A DNA stretch of 64,000 nucleotides from Hormiphora californensis. Taxonomy: Eukaryota; Animalia; Ctenophora. The notes beneath the pieces are model-generated. The model did not search any database, was not told where the DNA came from, and saw only the letters and a program-made list of their open reading frames with translations. Below, piece after piece: positions 28,783-43,022 of this stretch (its first letter is position 1; every line of letters starts with the position of its first letter). The DNA is taken from contig CM035351.1 in NCBI GenBank assembly GCA_020137815.1, positions 7,874,001 to 7,938,000 on the forward strand, given 5' to 3'. A program made the position numbers and the translations under genes.

Positions 28783-29402
28783 TATAAAGATAAAGTATTT
28801 TTACAGCACAGGTTATAGCTAGTAAAACAACAGGTCATCACCACGGGCTTTATATAGAATTTAAAAGGCTAACCAGCAGCAAGGCTTTGTGTTGGAGGAC
28901 CGAGAGAGAACAAAGACCACGGCAGGGTGGTCCTCACACACTATTCGGTGTGTATATTATCACGTGTAACGCCGTGTTGTCCTCTCTCTCTCTGTATATG
29001 TAGACAAAATGAGAAGGCCTACATACATATAAAGGATATGTGTAGAGGTAGACATTGAGATTGAGCCATCAGCATTAAACACAATGTCACAATACTACCC
29101 CAATCATGAGAAGTTATATATGGCCAGTTTAGATACGTTGACTGTCTTTCACAAACTAGACAAATGCCTCAATGACCTTCCCTAATGGGTAACAAATCAT
29201 ACGCACTGTAATATTTTAAAAACCTCATGCCGAAGGATACAAGCTCTTATGCAAAGCACTAAAGCTTTATAAAGCTAAGGTCAGTAGAAGCCGGAAGGAT
29301 GGTAGACTCGCACACAGCTGCACCCACTACCCACACAGCAAGGGGACAGTGATCCTACTATATGATCGCACTACAGAAGAGTAGAAAGGGAGGAAAAGAG
29401 GG

Positions 29403-29473
<71 letters not shown>

Positions 29474-31371
29474 AGAGATAGAGAGAAAGATAGAGAGAGG
29501 AAGATAATAATTTAAAGAAGACCGAGAGCAGTTCTATGCTCAACAAAACAGTAACAAGGACTGGGAAGCGTTGTTTTTACTCAACAAGGGAAGCGAGGAA
29601 CCAGCTGTACTCTGATCTGCTAAATCGAACACTATCCAACCAACACGTGTACACACAAATATCGGGAAATCTGGACGTGTTTGTGCAATGTGTAAACGTA
29701 GTGAAAGAACGAAGAAAAAACTGCGATAAAATAATGCAGGGATATATGCGTATAAGCAGTGAGCCGCAACTGTTTGATTGTATATGTACAAGATAAGACA
29801 ATCAGATATCTGGTAAATGTGAGACTGATCAATAGAGATCATTGGTACACAAAACAAGAGAGCGCTATTGTTATTTGAATATAATATCTCATGTAGTATA
29901 ACATGCTGTGTATAGTGAGGTAAGATGAGGAACACTGTATTTGAAACGCCCCATGTGGACCTTGTGTGTAACACAGCAGATCACCATCTGCCAAAAGTAA
30001 AGTACAGATCACGCACTATACCATGGTAGACTTGGAGCCATGTGAATATAGTGAATGTAGACCTATAACAAAGTGTACTACTACTCGCCCACAGAATGTG
30101 TGTGTGTGACATATAATAATGTTGACAATTTTGAGAGTCGAGATTACACACAATACAAATGTGGTGTATCGAATATCACGCATCTGTTGAGCATACAAAT
30201 CTAGCACATATTATTATTACTGCATGATAAAAGTCGCAATCTCAAATTATCTTTCAAAGTATCCTCATATCAATATATATATCGCTCTCATTATTGTTAT
30301 ATCGATACACACCTATTGCCACTTCTTGACGTACGCTCATTGCGTCACTAGCTCATTCAAAATTTGTCAAAGATTTCCTGATGGGAGAGACATCGCCCAA
30401 CAATTCTATCACTTGACAAGAAAAGGTAGTGTTGGAAATATGTTCATATGTTGTCCTGAGGTATTATGCGTCGATAAGATCCGTACTCCCCGAATCCTGT
30501 AGTTTCCAAAACATCGTGGGAAATGGCCTTCCCCCGGTCCGTTGGACTTGAATCCACGCAGAACAGTAATCTGAACAAGTGAACAATTATTGGTTTGGGT
30601 ATAAACTATGAACTCTATCTTAGTAAGTCCTACTGTTAGTCAAGTTATTGAGGGGGTTGTATTGAGAGGGGTGATATCGTGCTGTATCTGCATTATACAG
30701 GAACAACGAGGAACCATTAATATTCAACATATTGCGTGGGATAGTTGCATAAATTATATTGCTTTATAATGTGTTGGATAATGGGGCTGCGTGGGCGGCT
30801 ACATTGTAAATCACGGTTTGTGTTTTGCTACTTATACTGATAGAAGGTATTGTAGTCGCCTCAATTGTTAAATTCAAGGTAACTTTACTAACATAAAGAT
30901 GATGATGGCAACAGCACAGAGAGTCCGATAGCAGATATCCATCTTGAAACACAATGAAACAAAATACGAACTCTGGGTGATCTCGGAAGAAACAGAAGTG
31001 ATCTGATACTTTTTGAAATATAGACAGCAGATCTCTATTATAGATGCGTGTGTCTTTTAATAGTTTTACCAAATCGCCTCCGTTATCCACTTTAGTCTTA
31101 CAGATCGATGAGAGAAAGAAAGAGGGAGATAAAGAGAAAGCAAGGGAGAGATCAGATAGAGAGAAGAGATTTAAGTTTTCGCTAATGTGAGTGATGTCCG
31201 ATAAATGTATCCCACCACCACAGCCGCAGTCTGTAAATGATCATCTCTTCTTCTTCTTCTTCTAATAAAACAATCGATTTTATAAAATTCAAAAGGTCAT
31301 AAGAAGTCATCACGCACATAAAAGTTAAAAGAAAGCAAATACACAGCTAAAACAAGTTATAACTAGGTTTC

Positions 31372-34313
31372 CTATACGTCTAAAAGATTTTGATTTTCGG
31401 CCTGACTTCCCTCTGCAGGCACCATAGGAACTGCGCTAGGGTCTGTTGGTGTTGTGGCATTGTTCCTTCCCTTCACCCTCCGGTTTGCCCTGTTTCCCCT
31501 ACCAGCTGGGTTCGGTGAAACTTGGGGGGAGGTCCCAACGGCAGGCGACTTCGGCCGTGGAGCCAGCGTCATCGCGGGCCGAGCCTGGATATTTGGTGAT
31601 CGGGGTGCCATATTTGGTGATCGGGCCTGCATATTTGGCGATCGTGCTTGCATGTTTGGTGATCGGGCTTGCATGTTTGGCGATCGAGGTGCTATGTTTG
31701 GAGTATGGGGTATTGTACCCATGTTAGGCGGTCGAGCAACGGAGCTTCTTTGTTCCACACCCCCAGGTTGAGAGGTGTTGGAGGTCCGGGGGTACCCTGG
31801 ATTACTCGCACCACTATATCTGGGCCCTGCTGGGTTACTGGCAGCACTAGATCGCGGCGTTGGTCGACCTCCAGCACTATTAACCACCCCCGTTCGTGCC
31901 CCGGAGGAGTAGCCGGAGCTGGTGCAGCCTGCCTGGTTCACCACCTGCTTCTTCTTGATTGACTTCCTTATCTCCAGACCTACGTAGGATGAGAACTTGG
32001 AGAGGGGCCTCTTCCAGAGGTTTTCCTCGAATGATTTCGTGAACTTGATGTATGCCCAAGGGGACAATGCCAGCGCTAAGAGTCCCAGCGAGTAGACGGT
32101 GTCAAGCACAATTGCATCGAGATCGTATATCGTCCCAACTTGAATTTTATCGCATGACTTCCTTTTTTCCTCCTCGGCCTCTTTCAGCTGGGCAAGTTTT
32201 TCTTTGGATAAGTTAATCCATGCCAGGTTCGAAGAGCCTGAAATAAAGGATATCAAATTATTGGAATTTAGAAGCGTAAATATAGGAATATAACTAAAAA
32301 TTCATGCACTCATTTGAAACTCCTCATAAATCATCCCAACTTACTGAGTGTCATGTCTGTGTTGAAGATCTCGACCATGGTTAGAGGTATGGCAACGAAT
32401 ATGTAGAGGGTGAGGATGAGTATCACTGAAACTGGCACCTTCCCCCGGGCCTTCTCCATGATGGTAGCTGAGAGAGTGTTAGTTACCATAGTTACACGTG
32501 TTAGTTACCATGGCAACGGACTAGACCACAATGACCAGCTCATTATGCGGCTCATCAAGTATGTACATAAATTAATCTTTACTCACTTGTTTGTCTCTTC
32601 AGATGTCTCCTAATGCTCTTGATACTGAGACTCTGGTTGAGGGGAGGTTGTTCTACAGTTGATGGTCGATCGATCGTTACCAACTGGTCAGTGGCCACAC
32701 TACTCGAGGCAGTTATTTTCTGAGAATATATTATATACATTTATATACCACACTATGAACAGTAATTTGATAAGTGGTCTGCAGATGTCCCAAGGACTAT
32801 ATATTGTAATATATGTACAAATCTATCAGCTATTCTACAGATCTTAGTGTTGCTTGTTGTTTGTACCTCTCTGTTCTTCTTGATGACCGTGAGTTCGTAC
32901 ACGATGCCCGCATAGCAGACGATGCACCCAAGTAGGGGGAGAATTAGACAGGAGATAACGTAGATATACATGTACACCTGACATTGTGTTGTCGCTGGGT
33001 AGTCCGCTGCAACATTCCCTGCACAATTTTGTAGTCCTGTACTGTTGCTCTAAAGGAGGAGGAGGACAATGAGATAAGAAATAGACATGTGTTGAACTGC
33101 ACGTGAGGTACTTAAATCACAGCACGTGTGATGACCTTTGTATTGTGGTAAACAATGAACTTACACAGTCATTGTAGGAGAAGGCAGTGAGGTTTTTTGA
33201 GGGGTAGAAACAGGCCGGAGCGAGAACTGTCTCCGTATGAAGGGCCTGGGCGGTACACAGAGTGGCTGACCCGATAGAAACCACGAAAATTGGAATTAGC
33301 CAGGATAGCGAACACAGGATCATCTAGATATTGAGAAGGTTTAGATTTCATAAGTTAGTTCATATTGTTTTATATAATACTCGTAATGTTATGTGGTTTA
33401 AGAAATATATTGCGAGTTCTTCTTCACCTGGTTGAGGAAGTTGAAGTGGTCGATGTAGCTGAAGGGATAGGAGATGGCGTAGAACCTGCTGTAACTGAGC
33501 AGTAAAAGTGTATACATGGGGACACTAATCGCTATTGCCGTAAACGCAGACAAGTACTTACAGCTTCCCTGTAAAATATTCCGGATAGCTAATAACAAGA
33601 ATAAACCTAGTTACCATGGAGACATGAATTCAATTAGGAACAATGCTCATCACGTGTCTCGTGTAAACTAAATTATAATATAGTGTCTCCACAGTCCACA
33701 TATACATACCCGATCAAGTGGAAATAATCCAGTTCCAGTTATCAGGATCACTGTTATACAGAACAGAGTAGCAATGCAATAGTTAATCAACTGAAAGAGA
33801 TGGACGGATGTTAATTGGGCCAATGTAAATCCAATCTCCCCAACACGTTGGAATTACTCCTTCATAAAAACAAGTGCTCCTTCATAAAGTTACTCACTAG
33901 CATGTAGATGTCAAGGGCGTCAGATAAGAACACAAAGATGCCCAGGAGAATTTGAACAACACCGACTATCAGAATAACAGCCACCACGTATATCATGTAC
34001 TTTGATACTATCATGTCTTTGAAATTAACAGCCATACTGGTGTAGGCAGCACCTGCAAAATAGTGAGGTGTTATGTCATATAGCAATATAATAATCTTGT
34101 ACATTAGTGACTTCACTGTTGACTTATTAAAACTAAATAAAAACTAAATTAAGTTGCCAACTTACACGGCTCTTCCGTTGTCTGGTCTGGTGGGTTAGTT
34201 ACCACCTCCGGTTTAGAACCTACATTCCACATACTGGTCGTAGGATCCACGCCACTATCACCGACTATCGGGTCATCACTCAATACAATACCGTCAGTCA
34301 CAAAACAACTCAC
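31372..34313 (-). CDS. Rhodopsin-class (family A-like) GPCR with a long Pro/Ser/Arg-rich C-terminal tail; N-terminus not resolved
   Basis: Seven hydrophobic segments across exons: TM1 YVVAVILIVGVVQILLGI; TM3 SCKYLSAFTAIAISVPMYTLLLLSYSRFYAISYPFSY (DRY-equivalent SRF); TM4 W..P; TM5 LILPLLGCIVCY; TM6 IFVAIPL; TM7 ALALSPWAY. Confidence 0.8.
31585..31715 (-). repeat. Coding 21-bp tandem repeat (heptad ARSPNMQ-like, about 5-6 copies) in the GPCR tail
   Basis: TPNIAPRSPNMQARSPNMQARSPNMQARSPNMAPRSPNIQARP. Confidence 0.9.
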
Positions 34314-35330
34314 TGAACAGGAGTATAATACCTTTTGATTGTTTTGTCACCATCTTGTACACTATCTTATAAGAATTTCTATAAGCAATGCAGTCTTCAT
34401 TCTTCTCTACAGATCAGATAAAATATTATGTATGTTGACATGTATCTGCATTCTGCATGCTTGACACGTACCTGATTGAGCCAAGATGAGAATAGTGGCA
34501 ACAACAAGCAGTAGGGATTTCATTTTCCATCCAATTTATCTGTGCATCAGATCTATCTATATGAGATGGGTAGAAGGTGTGACATGTCTGCTGCAGCAGG
34601 CATAATGTGTGCAGCATGTGTCTCTATTGGAGATGAGAGAACACAACTCTCCCTCAGGAGAGAGAGAGAGAGGCCCCCTGCAGGGAGAGTGTGTGTGTAG
34701 GAGAGAAAGATATATCTAGAGTATTGTTCACGTTGGGAAGCAGATGCTGACGTATAGATTGCATTTGCTGCTTCACCTGCTACTATATAATACAGGTGTG
34801 TGATGTAGGTGTGTGTAAAGCTTGTCAAAGACTTATTAGGCTACTACAAACTAGTCTTCATTTGACATGCTTGAGAAGAGGAGAAGAAAGATCGAGCTCA
34901 CAAAGAGACTAGTAGTAGCTGCAGTGTGTGTGCGTGTGTTCAAGCGTGGGAGCAGGAGGACTCTTTTCAGCCATAATTAGTTTAGCATTGTTTTCAAGCT
35001 TTGGCACAATAGAACGCAATTTCTAGTCGCCGGTCAACAAAATAATCCAGGCTCCCTCGTACAATGAGATCACTAATACACAAACCCCGCCAAGTATTGT
35101 CTACTAATTTTTGTTCTATTGATCTTTTATTTAAAAAGTCATCTGACACAGATCCCCTTGGCACTATATCGTATCTCTATTATAATTTGGAGATGAACGA
35201 CGTCGAAGTGGTCGTTCGTTCAGTGCGTTTCTACGCGACAGTGCTCCTTCATAAAACACTTTATATGCCATGGCAACCGTTTTATTGACGTTGAAAGGGG
35301 CAAAAAGAACAACCCGGCGAAGCCGGGTGG

Positions 35331-35377
35331 GTTATCAAAAAGCCCTTACTTGAGGCGCACCCAATGGGTGCGCTAGT
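35331..35377 (+). mobile_element. Helitron-3'-like terminus (copy 2)
   Basis: GCGCACCCA-A-TGGGTGCGC hairpin running into CTAG|T, preceded near 35312 by the hairpin ACCCGGCGAAGCCGGGT. Shared with 6219-6255. Confidence 0.45.
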
Positions 35378-36570
35378 TTAATATATCAAGGACAGTACAG
35401 CTCCTAATCCTATTGGTCTATTTTTAACCGCCATGCGAAGATTGGTATTTCCGTATAGAATGCGTTTTAATTGAACAACTGGGATTGTATGATTCAGAAG
35501 GAAAAGCCAAAGTTAGAATGAATTACCTTGTGACTGGGAATTGCGGTTTATAACAGTAGCTCACTAACATTATCTGCTGATCTTTAATTTTGAAGTAATC
35601 TCACTGAGCGTGTAATTAACCTGATCAGATCTTGTGAAGGTCGACACGTAGAGCACACGCCCAGACAAATCATGATTAGCAGAATGTACTCATACATAAT
35701 CATACATTATAATTTCGACTACAAAGACAGTTTTATGCTAAACAAGAATAACTGCATTATGTTTCATAATGCTATGTTTCCCCGCCAACCTCTATTTTCA
35801 TAACTATTTAAATCTATCGTGAAGGCGGTCCAGTCCAGACATTTCTCATCATTTATCAATCACTCAAACCGTTTGGAACTTGGTCTTGTGTTTTAGTAGC
35901 ACTAAATTGTGTGCCACAATGCGCGGCTCACATTTCCTGAAAACGTGCCATTGAAGTATTTGATGAAGGAGCAACACCGTTGTCCCTCGCAACTGAGCGT
36001 GTTACAGCCAGTTTTGTGACCGTGACACCTCACTAGTATGTAAACTTGTCGAATTCTAAACCCCTATGCCTTTTTACAAAAGGCATCCGGGTGAATGCCT
36101 TCGGCATTCAACCGGGCGGGGAAAAAATATGCAAAAGTTACGAAAGCACTTGCTGAGTTAGTCAAAGCACTACAAAAATGCGACAAAACTACATAGCAAG
36201 TTGGTATTGTATCTAGACAACAAGTGGCAACACGTTCAAGTGTGATAAGCTCATATTTGATCATGCTACTACTAGGGTGTGAAGACAGTACTCTTTAGTG
36301 AGCTTCACACAGCTGGAATGTGATGACAGAGTTGATGACTCAGACTCTGATGACGCGAGAACAACCCCATTGTTGTCGCTCTTTACAGAGCAACAATGTA
36401 CTACAAACAATGAAGCCTCCTCCTTTTCATTCTTGACAATAGGAAATGATACTGTGCAGTATCATGGTAGAGTAGGAGAGTGTTTAAAGCACTCTTAACA
36501 CCATAAGACCCTAAAAAACACCAAAATGCGGTACAGACAATCCACAAACTCTCTCCCTCCCCCATAGATT

Positions 36571-39500
36571 ATGATATTAGATCTGCACACGGCGCTAAGT
36601 AATCTTCCAACGCAACAGATCAGACAAGTATGGAACGAGGGCTCTCTCTTCTCTCCAATCAGCACCGGAACCTGCTCCAGTGCCGTAGGAAAGGTAGTAT
36701 ATGTACTTGTAAGATTGAAAATATATTGTTGACTTGTTGGCTAGCTAATAAGAGAATTGAAGCATAGTAATAGTAGTAGTCTGATGGCTGCTCTCATGTA
36801 CACCAATTACATAAACCACCATTGAGGCTCGGAGCGCCCACAAAAACATTCGATAAATCTGGTCTCTCCTTTTCTAGCCAATTCGATACAACAGAGAGGG
36901 TACTTGTGTTACAAGTACATTGCTACCAGTACCCTCTCTCTCCTTTGAACCAATATACGTCACTTACCATGAAACAAGGCTAGCTTCACCACCGACCACA
37001 ATAATCTCACCATTCAATTCATACACTTAACACTCCTGGCTACAATTTGTAGTACAAAATACCCACAATTCACTTTGATTTGGAAGGGATTCCTGGTAAA
37101 GTGCTCGACAGGATCAAGATTCTGAAGCTGATTACAAAAGCTTGTTCACAATTCATTCACTATTAAATATTTGAGACTGAGAGGTGGGAGATAGGTTGGT
37201 TGGAAACTGGAGAGGTCATTGACAAAAAGAGCTCATAAATTAGTCATGTACATGTACATGTGTGTACTGTGTATGCGGGGGAACAAACCAGGTGATTGGA
37301 TAAACGTTTACACATCAAATACACACAGTTTCAATGCACATAATATATTTGACAAAGGATGGATATTCCAGGCAACTTGGAATATATGGATACAGTCAGA
37401 GTGGAATCAGCAAATGTTACACAACTGTTACAACTGTTGTCTGTGTAGCAACTCTGCCGATCACAAATTAACACAAGTTATCAATCAGGTCAGTCAGCTA
37501 CTACCGGTGAAGCGTTACAAGATCAGGTCTCACTACGAGGGGGTATTCGCCCTCCAATTCACCCGTGACATGACCTGTCTGGCAGTGGGCTACGGGTCAG
37601 GTGACGTGACGCTACATGATCCCTGTACAGCTAAGAAGCTCTACAGTCCCAGTAGGAAAGCAGAACAGCTTCCGGTTACTGGACTGCAGTTCCGGTCCGA
37701 TGACCACGCCCAATTGGTGTATTGTTTGGCACACGGCCATATCTTCCTGCAACAGGTATTATACACAGGCTAGACTGCCTTTCACATACCCTTTACATTT
37801 GTAAAGGGAGGGTTAGAACATAACAATAATACACAAGCACTCGGAGGAAAATGGGAAAAATATATATGCGTGTAAAATGAACTTAAAAATATATATATAC
37901 GCGTGTGTGGTGTTGTGGGCGTGAGCTGTGACAATTTGTCTATATATGTGTTACAGGAGGCTGATGTTTACTAATATGGTTTCCATATTGACATATGAAG
38001 TGTCATGTGTACCACGTGCATACTCTAAACACACTGCCACTATTCTCCATGTCTTTGAGACATAAACTACATGCAGTCCATGTCTTTTAGACCATCCGTA
38101 ACACCAGACATTGTCTACCACTGTCCACTAAATAAAATTCCACAAGGCACCTCTCTAAACTTTAAAAACTTAAGACGCTGTTAGACTCTATTATTTTCAA
38201 GGAAATTATTGTCCGCATACGAATCAGTTTATCAGAGTTGTCGGCCGCGTCAATTCAAGAGACCAATTTTAAAAGAGATATTATAACAAGCTGTTATAGA
38301 CCGTTATGTTGAGCAAGCAATTGTTTACAATGCGTTTAAACAGCTCCTATTATATATCTGTAATTACTGGTCTGTAACAGCTTCTGAAAGTCATCCAATG
38401 CCAGTCCTTCCATACCCATTAACAATATATAATAGGACAGTAATTAAACTTCTATAAATGGGGTTCTTCTTCTACTTGAGTCTAAAAACTACTATAGTAA
38501 CGAAGTATATAAAGGAAGAGATAGACTTCTATTCATCTCAGCACCCGGCTATGTGTGTAAAGCTTCAAAGCCTTACTGATACTAATCAGTATCGCTATAC
38601 CAGACATGTGTTAAAAGTCTATTCTTAAGATATGACACATATATATCGAACTTTGATACAATACCGCCCTGGCCAAAAGTAACAAAAGTAAAATATAACT
38701 GGTGTAAACTGTTGTTGCATCCTTTGTGAAAGATGTGACAACTAAAGGGGATGCAGTGCATCCGATACACCAACACTTCTGTTACACTTTACTTGATCCA
38801 GCCGTCAGAGTATTGGCCTGGTACAGCGATCCAGGCCACAATGTGATATTATTATTAGCTTAATATACTTAAATATACTTTGAGTAGGCAGTGCCTACTA
38901 GGCCTACTAGGCACTATACGTGTTGTGACAAACAAATCCAAATAACACAACGTGCCAGACTAATTAACCGGAGAGGTGGTCTACAAATATCATAGAGTCA
39001 TCATAGTATCATACACCATAATATGACACTACTAAACACTGCACACTACAGAGACACTACTATGTGGTGCACTTATTCATGATTCACTTTGAATATTAAT
39101 TTCCTTACTCATCACTCATATTAGTAATGGGCAAATTGGGCATGCATCCTACACATTCATTATGTCATGTCCAAATGTAACATGATCCAAGTTATACGTC
39201 ACATAATCCACAGGATCAGGACTAGGAACCCTCTGCCATTTGTGCCGTCTTGGGGTGAGAGGGTCTAGGGAGTAAGGCCAGGGAAATTAATAATATATCT
39301 GCATTCTTTTCAGATTGATGAAGATGGGACAGTAATTGATGCAGCAACAGTTATTGAAGGTAATTTTAATTAATAAACCAACCGGGAACCAACCTTGGTG
39401 ACATAGACACCTGGCGCGACCGAGATTGAGCGGGGGTCGCGCCAGGTGTCTATATCACCATGCCAAGAACCAACCCAGGTATTACAAGATCTGTCTCTCA

Positions 39501-42119
39501 AGCAGCAACAATTAAGTTCTCAATTAACAATTTGACGAACATCGGATGATGACAAGAAATACAAAACAAATTACCGAAGAAAAACAAACAATTAAAACAA
39601 CTGAACAATGATATTTCTCATACCAATTACATGATCACCACGCACTCGTGTTTTTAACATGTCATTGCAATCAATCATATGATTCGAGTCTTTACAGTAA
39701 TTATCCGATAACGATCACTGGTCGACAATATTCTAAGAATATATATGTCAACCTGAGCTATCGGAGGTAATTAAAGTGACTACCGCGGTATATTTTTTGC
39801 AAAGACAAGTTATAAACACGAGATAAGCATGGGATCTTATAGTAATTGTAAAATTTAGAATTAGTTTAAAAAATTACCGGAAGTCTGGCCCATTTTTGAC
39901 CGAATTTCCCACGGGGTATCGCACGTAGCAGCACACAGCACGCGATCAAAACATAGTTTCAAGGCAATTTGATAATCCTGATACCAAAATTTGAGTAACA
40001 TTACCTCAACCTGAAACACCTAGTTTCTCTAATTAATAAACTTAATTAGTTCCCCATTTCAAACTTACGTGTACAGCCGTATCTTGCAAACTCCATAATA
40101 AACTCCTGAAAAGGTTTGGAAGATTTAGGCAACTATTTAGCAGCGATTAGGGCTCTTGAAGTGTTTTAAATATGTCTCCCTCCCTTTGGCACTTTGGCAC
40201 TTTCTGTTCAAAAGGTCATTTGATATTGAAGCACTAAACTGACATCCAATATTTACTAACGATACTATACGACAATTAACCAATCTTGTCAGGTCGATCC
40301 CAGATTCCCAGACATAGCGTAATAGATCACCACCCTCGTTTCAGATAATGAAATTAATACACTAGATGTCAGTCGGTTTGGGTATTACTTTGTAACTGCC
40401 GGGAAAGATAAAAACATCAGGGTTTATGACTGGGAGAAGTTCAAGGTACATATGTCACATGACCTACTAATTATTGCTTACTGCTAAACAAATGTGATTG
40501 TGGAGAGATAATTTATGTTATCTGAACCCAATGTAATTAAACCCAATTATTGTTACAGCCGTTTTCGATTCTCGGTCCGATGACACAGGGTGATTACATA
40601 GGACCCCCTGAAGATACACTAACCCAGCATGGAAAGAGGATATTCTCGTGTAAATTCTCTGATACCAGCCCCTATCATCTCGTGTCAGGTGGATGGGACA
40701 AGTAAGAAGATAAACAAAATATAGCTCTCGAAATTATACCTGTTTCTCATTTCCTCCCCCTAGAACTACCCCCTACATGTTCCTTGACTCAACTCACGCC
40801 CAGCTCTTCAGTTCCTTGTGGGGACTCACATCACACACATCCTGTCAGGCCAATGCTCTGACAGCTCACCTCTCTTCAGTTCGGTTAAGTTGTGGGATCT
40901 AAGGACGGGGCACGTGGAGAGGAGCATGAGTAGTAGTGACCATGGACCAAAGCTCTGTGGAGATGCCCTGGATATTAGGGGGGATCTCTGTGTTACTGGA
41001 TCTCTCCTCCCCGACAATGCCATCGAGTTGTGGTGCCTCAAGGTATATTTGCAGGGTGTCACTCTGGATAACGGTATAGATTGAACCCATGTATAACAGT
41101 ATAGTAGTACACGTATATTCCAATGGTTATCATCTGTCATTGTTCCAGTACCACACCTGACTAGTGACTCTTACCGGGCGTGGAACATTCCATCATTATC
41201 TTGAAATATTATACTCCGCTCCACAACAAACGAAACCTGATCAAGACACCCCCTCCCCGACACACGTCCTATTTCCAGACAGAACTATTATATGTAACCC
41301 TAGACAGAACCATGTGTAACCCTAGACAATAAGACAACACGAGTCATATCTATTTCAGGAGGGGAGGAGGGTGGCTGTTCTGCCATACGAGAGTCCCAGG
41401 TTACGGGGTCAGTATATACATGCAGTGAGGTTCTGTAATGGTACTAAGAATGTAGTGGCTGGCAGCGCCGTCTGTCACGATGCCCAGGTAACTATGCAGT
41501 GAGGTTACCATGGTAACAAAACTTGACAACGAGCCAGTGAGTAGGTTGCATGAGTGAAATTCAATGACGAAACCCTTTTTCTAATTTCATGGAGTAGTAA
41601 TGTTTTGAAATTTGTCATGCCAGCTGCTGCAAGCTTTGATAATATAAGGCTATATAACAATACTCTTGTTGTTGAGCAACTGCTTATCTTCTCCGAGATA
41701 CTTATATGGATCAACTCTTATCCGCGCCGGCTGATCATTTATGCAGGTGTCACTGGGGGATTTAACAGTGCAGTCAGGTGATGGGCTCCTCAGTGTCTGA
41801 GAGGAGCGGAAGAAGAGAGCAGGATATAGATAGAAATAAGAGACAGAATCGAGATATTATATATATGTTGGCGTTCTTAGAATTAATATACACCTGCATT
41901 TAATATAATATCATGACAGCTACCCCCCCCTCTCTCTTTCAGATAATTTCAGTTGAGGACAGGAAGGTTGTGGCTCGTATTGATGGTTACAGGCGATCAG
42001 TATCATCCCTGGCAGTGTGTAACTCGGGGAAAATAGCCATCGGGGGGAGTGGCTCGTATATCTCTCTAGTGGAGACCATGGACTCCCCATTCTTTCTAGA
42101 GGACGAACCAGAACAATAG
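36571..42119 (+). CDS. WD40-repeat protein (exons approx. 36571-36693?, 37489-37755, 39314-39359, 40345-40446, 40558-40700, 40880-41042, 41359-41486, 41943-42119)
   Basis: WD motifs VFALQFTRDMTCLAVGYGSGDVTLHD, INTLDVSRFGYYFVTAGKDKNIRVYDW, HGKRIFSCKF...HLVSGGWD|SVKLWD, VSSLAV...IAIGGS. First exon is tentative. Confidence 0.85.
39396..39460. repeat. Short inverted repeat: 26-bp arms (1 mismatch), 13-nt loop
   Basis: TGGTGACATAGACACCTGGCGCGACC ... GGTCGCGCCAGGTGTCTATATCACCA, in a WD40 intron. Confidence 0.9.
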
Positions 42120-42144
42120 TCAGAGATAGTGGAGAGAGAGGGGA

Positions 42145-42188
<44 letters not shown>

Positions 42189-42455
42189 TGGAGAGAGAAT
42201 GGAGAGAGGGATGTTAACATGATAATTGAGATTCCATTTTTTTAAATTGAAACAAAGCTGATATCGGTTTGATAAAAGAAATTCTAAGATTACAAACAGG
42301 TACCTTCCAAACAAAAGACTAAAATAAAATGTCCTCTGAGTCCTTGAATTTTAGCTTCAAATAGATCACCTCACTCTGGCTCACTAACACAATCTCTCCC
42401 CCATAACGGGGAGACCTAACGAAAAACAATTGTCCATTTTACATGACTGAGCCTC

Positions 42456-43022
42456 TCATAACTGTGTAAACCGGTAACCATTCACTGAATACGTCTTCTC
42501 TGAGTTGATCCCAATTTTGTTGACATCCTTTGAGAAGGAGACAGATTTCTTGATCCTCTTCTTCTGTTGTTTGGGGGTCTGGAGGCCGGATTTAACAATG
42601 TCTGGTGTACTGAGCGCTCTACTGATCACTGGTTTCCTCTTCTTATCACCCAGTGAGACAGCTGTAGTTCTGAGTTTGTTCAGGGAGAGAATGATGTTTC
42701 CAAGGGCTTTGAATTTCCTAATTTTCCTCTTCTCAGGGTGTGGTCGGGGAGAGGTTGTGGCCTCAGCAGTTGTTTTGTGAGACAGGGTCGAGCAAGGAAA
42801 AGCCTCAGCAGCAGTAGGAGCAGCAGCAGGAGGAGAAGGTATGACGAGGGTGTGACAGTAAGCGTGTTCGTACCCTGTGTCCCTGAGAACCTGGTGCAGT
42901 TGGAGGATGTTGGGAGAGATCTGGCTAAACCTCGTTCCGGCTCGGTACTCGTGATCCGCAGGTGCATACTCCGAGTAGGCGGGGGGAGGGGGCAGCAACA
43001 CTGGAGAGAATGCAGAGGACAT
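42456..43022 (-). CDS. Single-exon 188-aa basic, probably disordered protein of unknown family
   Basis: Clean ATG-initiated ORF with non-repetitive composition and a splice acceptor about 33 nt upstream; convergent with the WD40 gene. No recognisable domain. Confidence 0.5.
   Translation of the reverse strand: MSSAFSPVLLPPPPAYSEYAPADHEYRAGTRFSQISPNILQLHQVLRDTGYEHAYCHTLVIPSPPAAAPTAAEAFPCSTLSHKTTAEATTSPRPHPEKRKIRKFKALGNIILSLNKLRTTAVSLGDKKRKPVISRALSTPDIVKSGLQTPKQQKKRIKKSVSFSKDVNKIGINSEKTYSVNGYRFTQL

Noticed and set aside
30430-31090. Possible small minus-strand gene between the MFS and GPCR genes
   Set aside because: An exon-like segment exists (about 30445-30570), but I could not build a consistent spliced model or recognise a domain.
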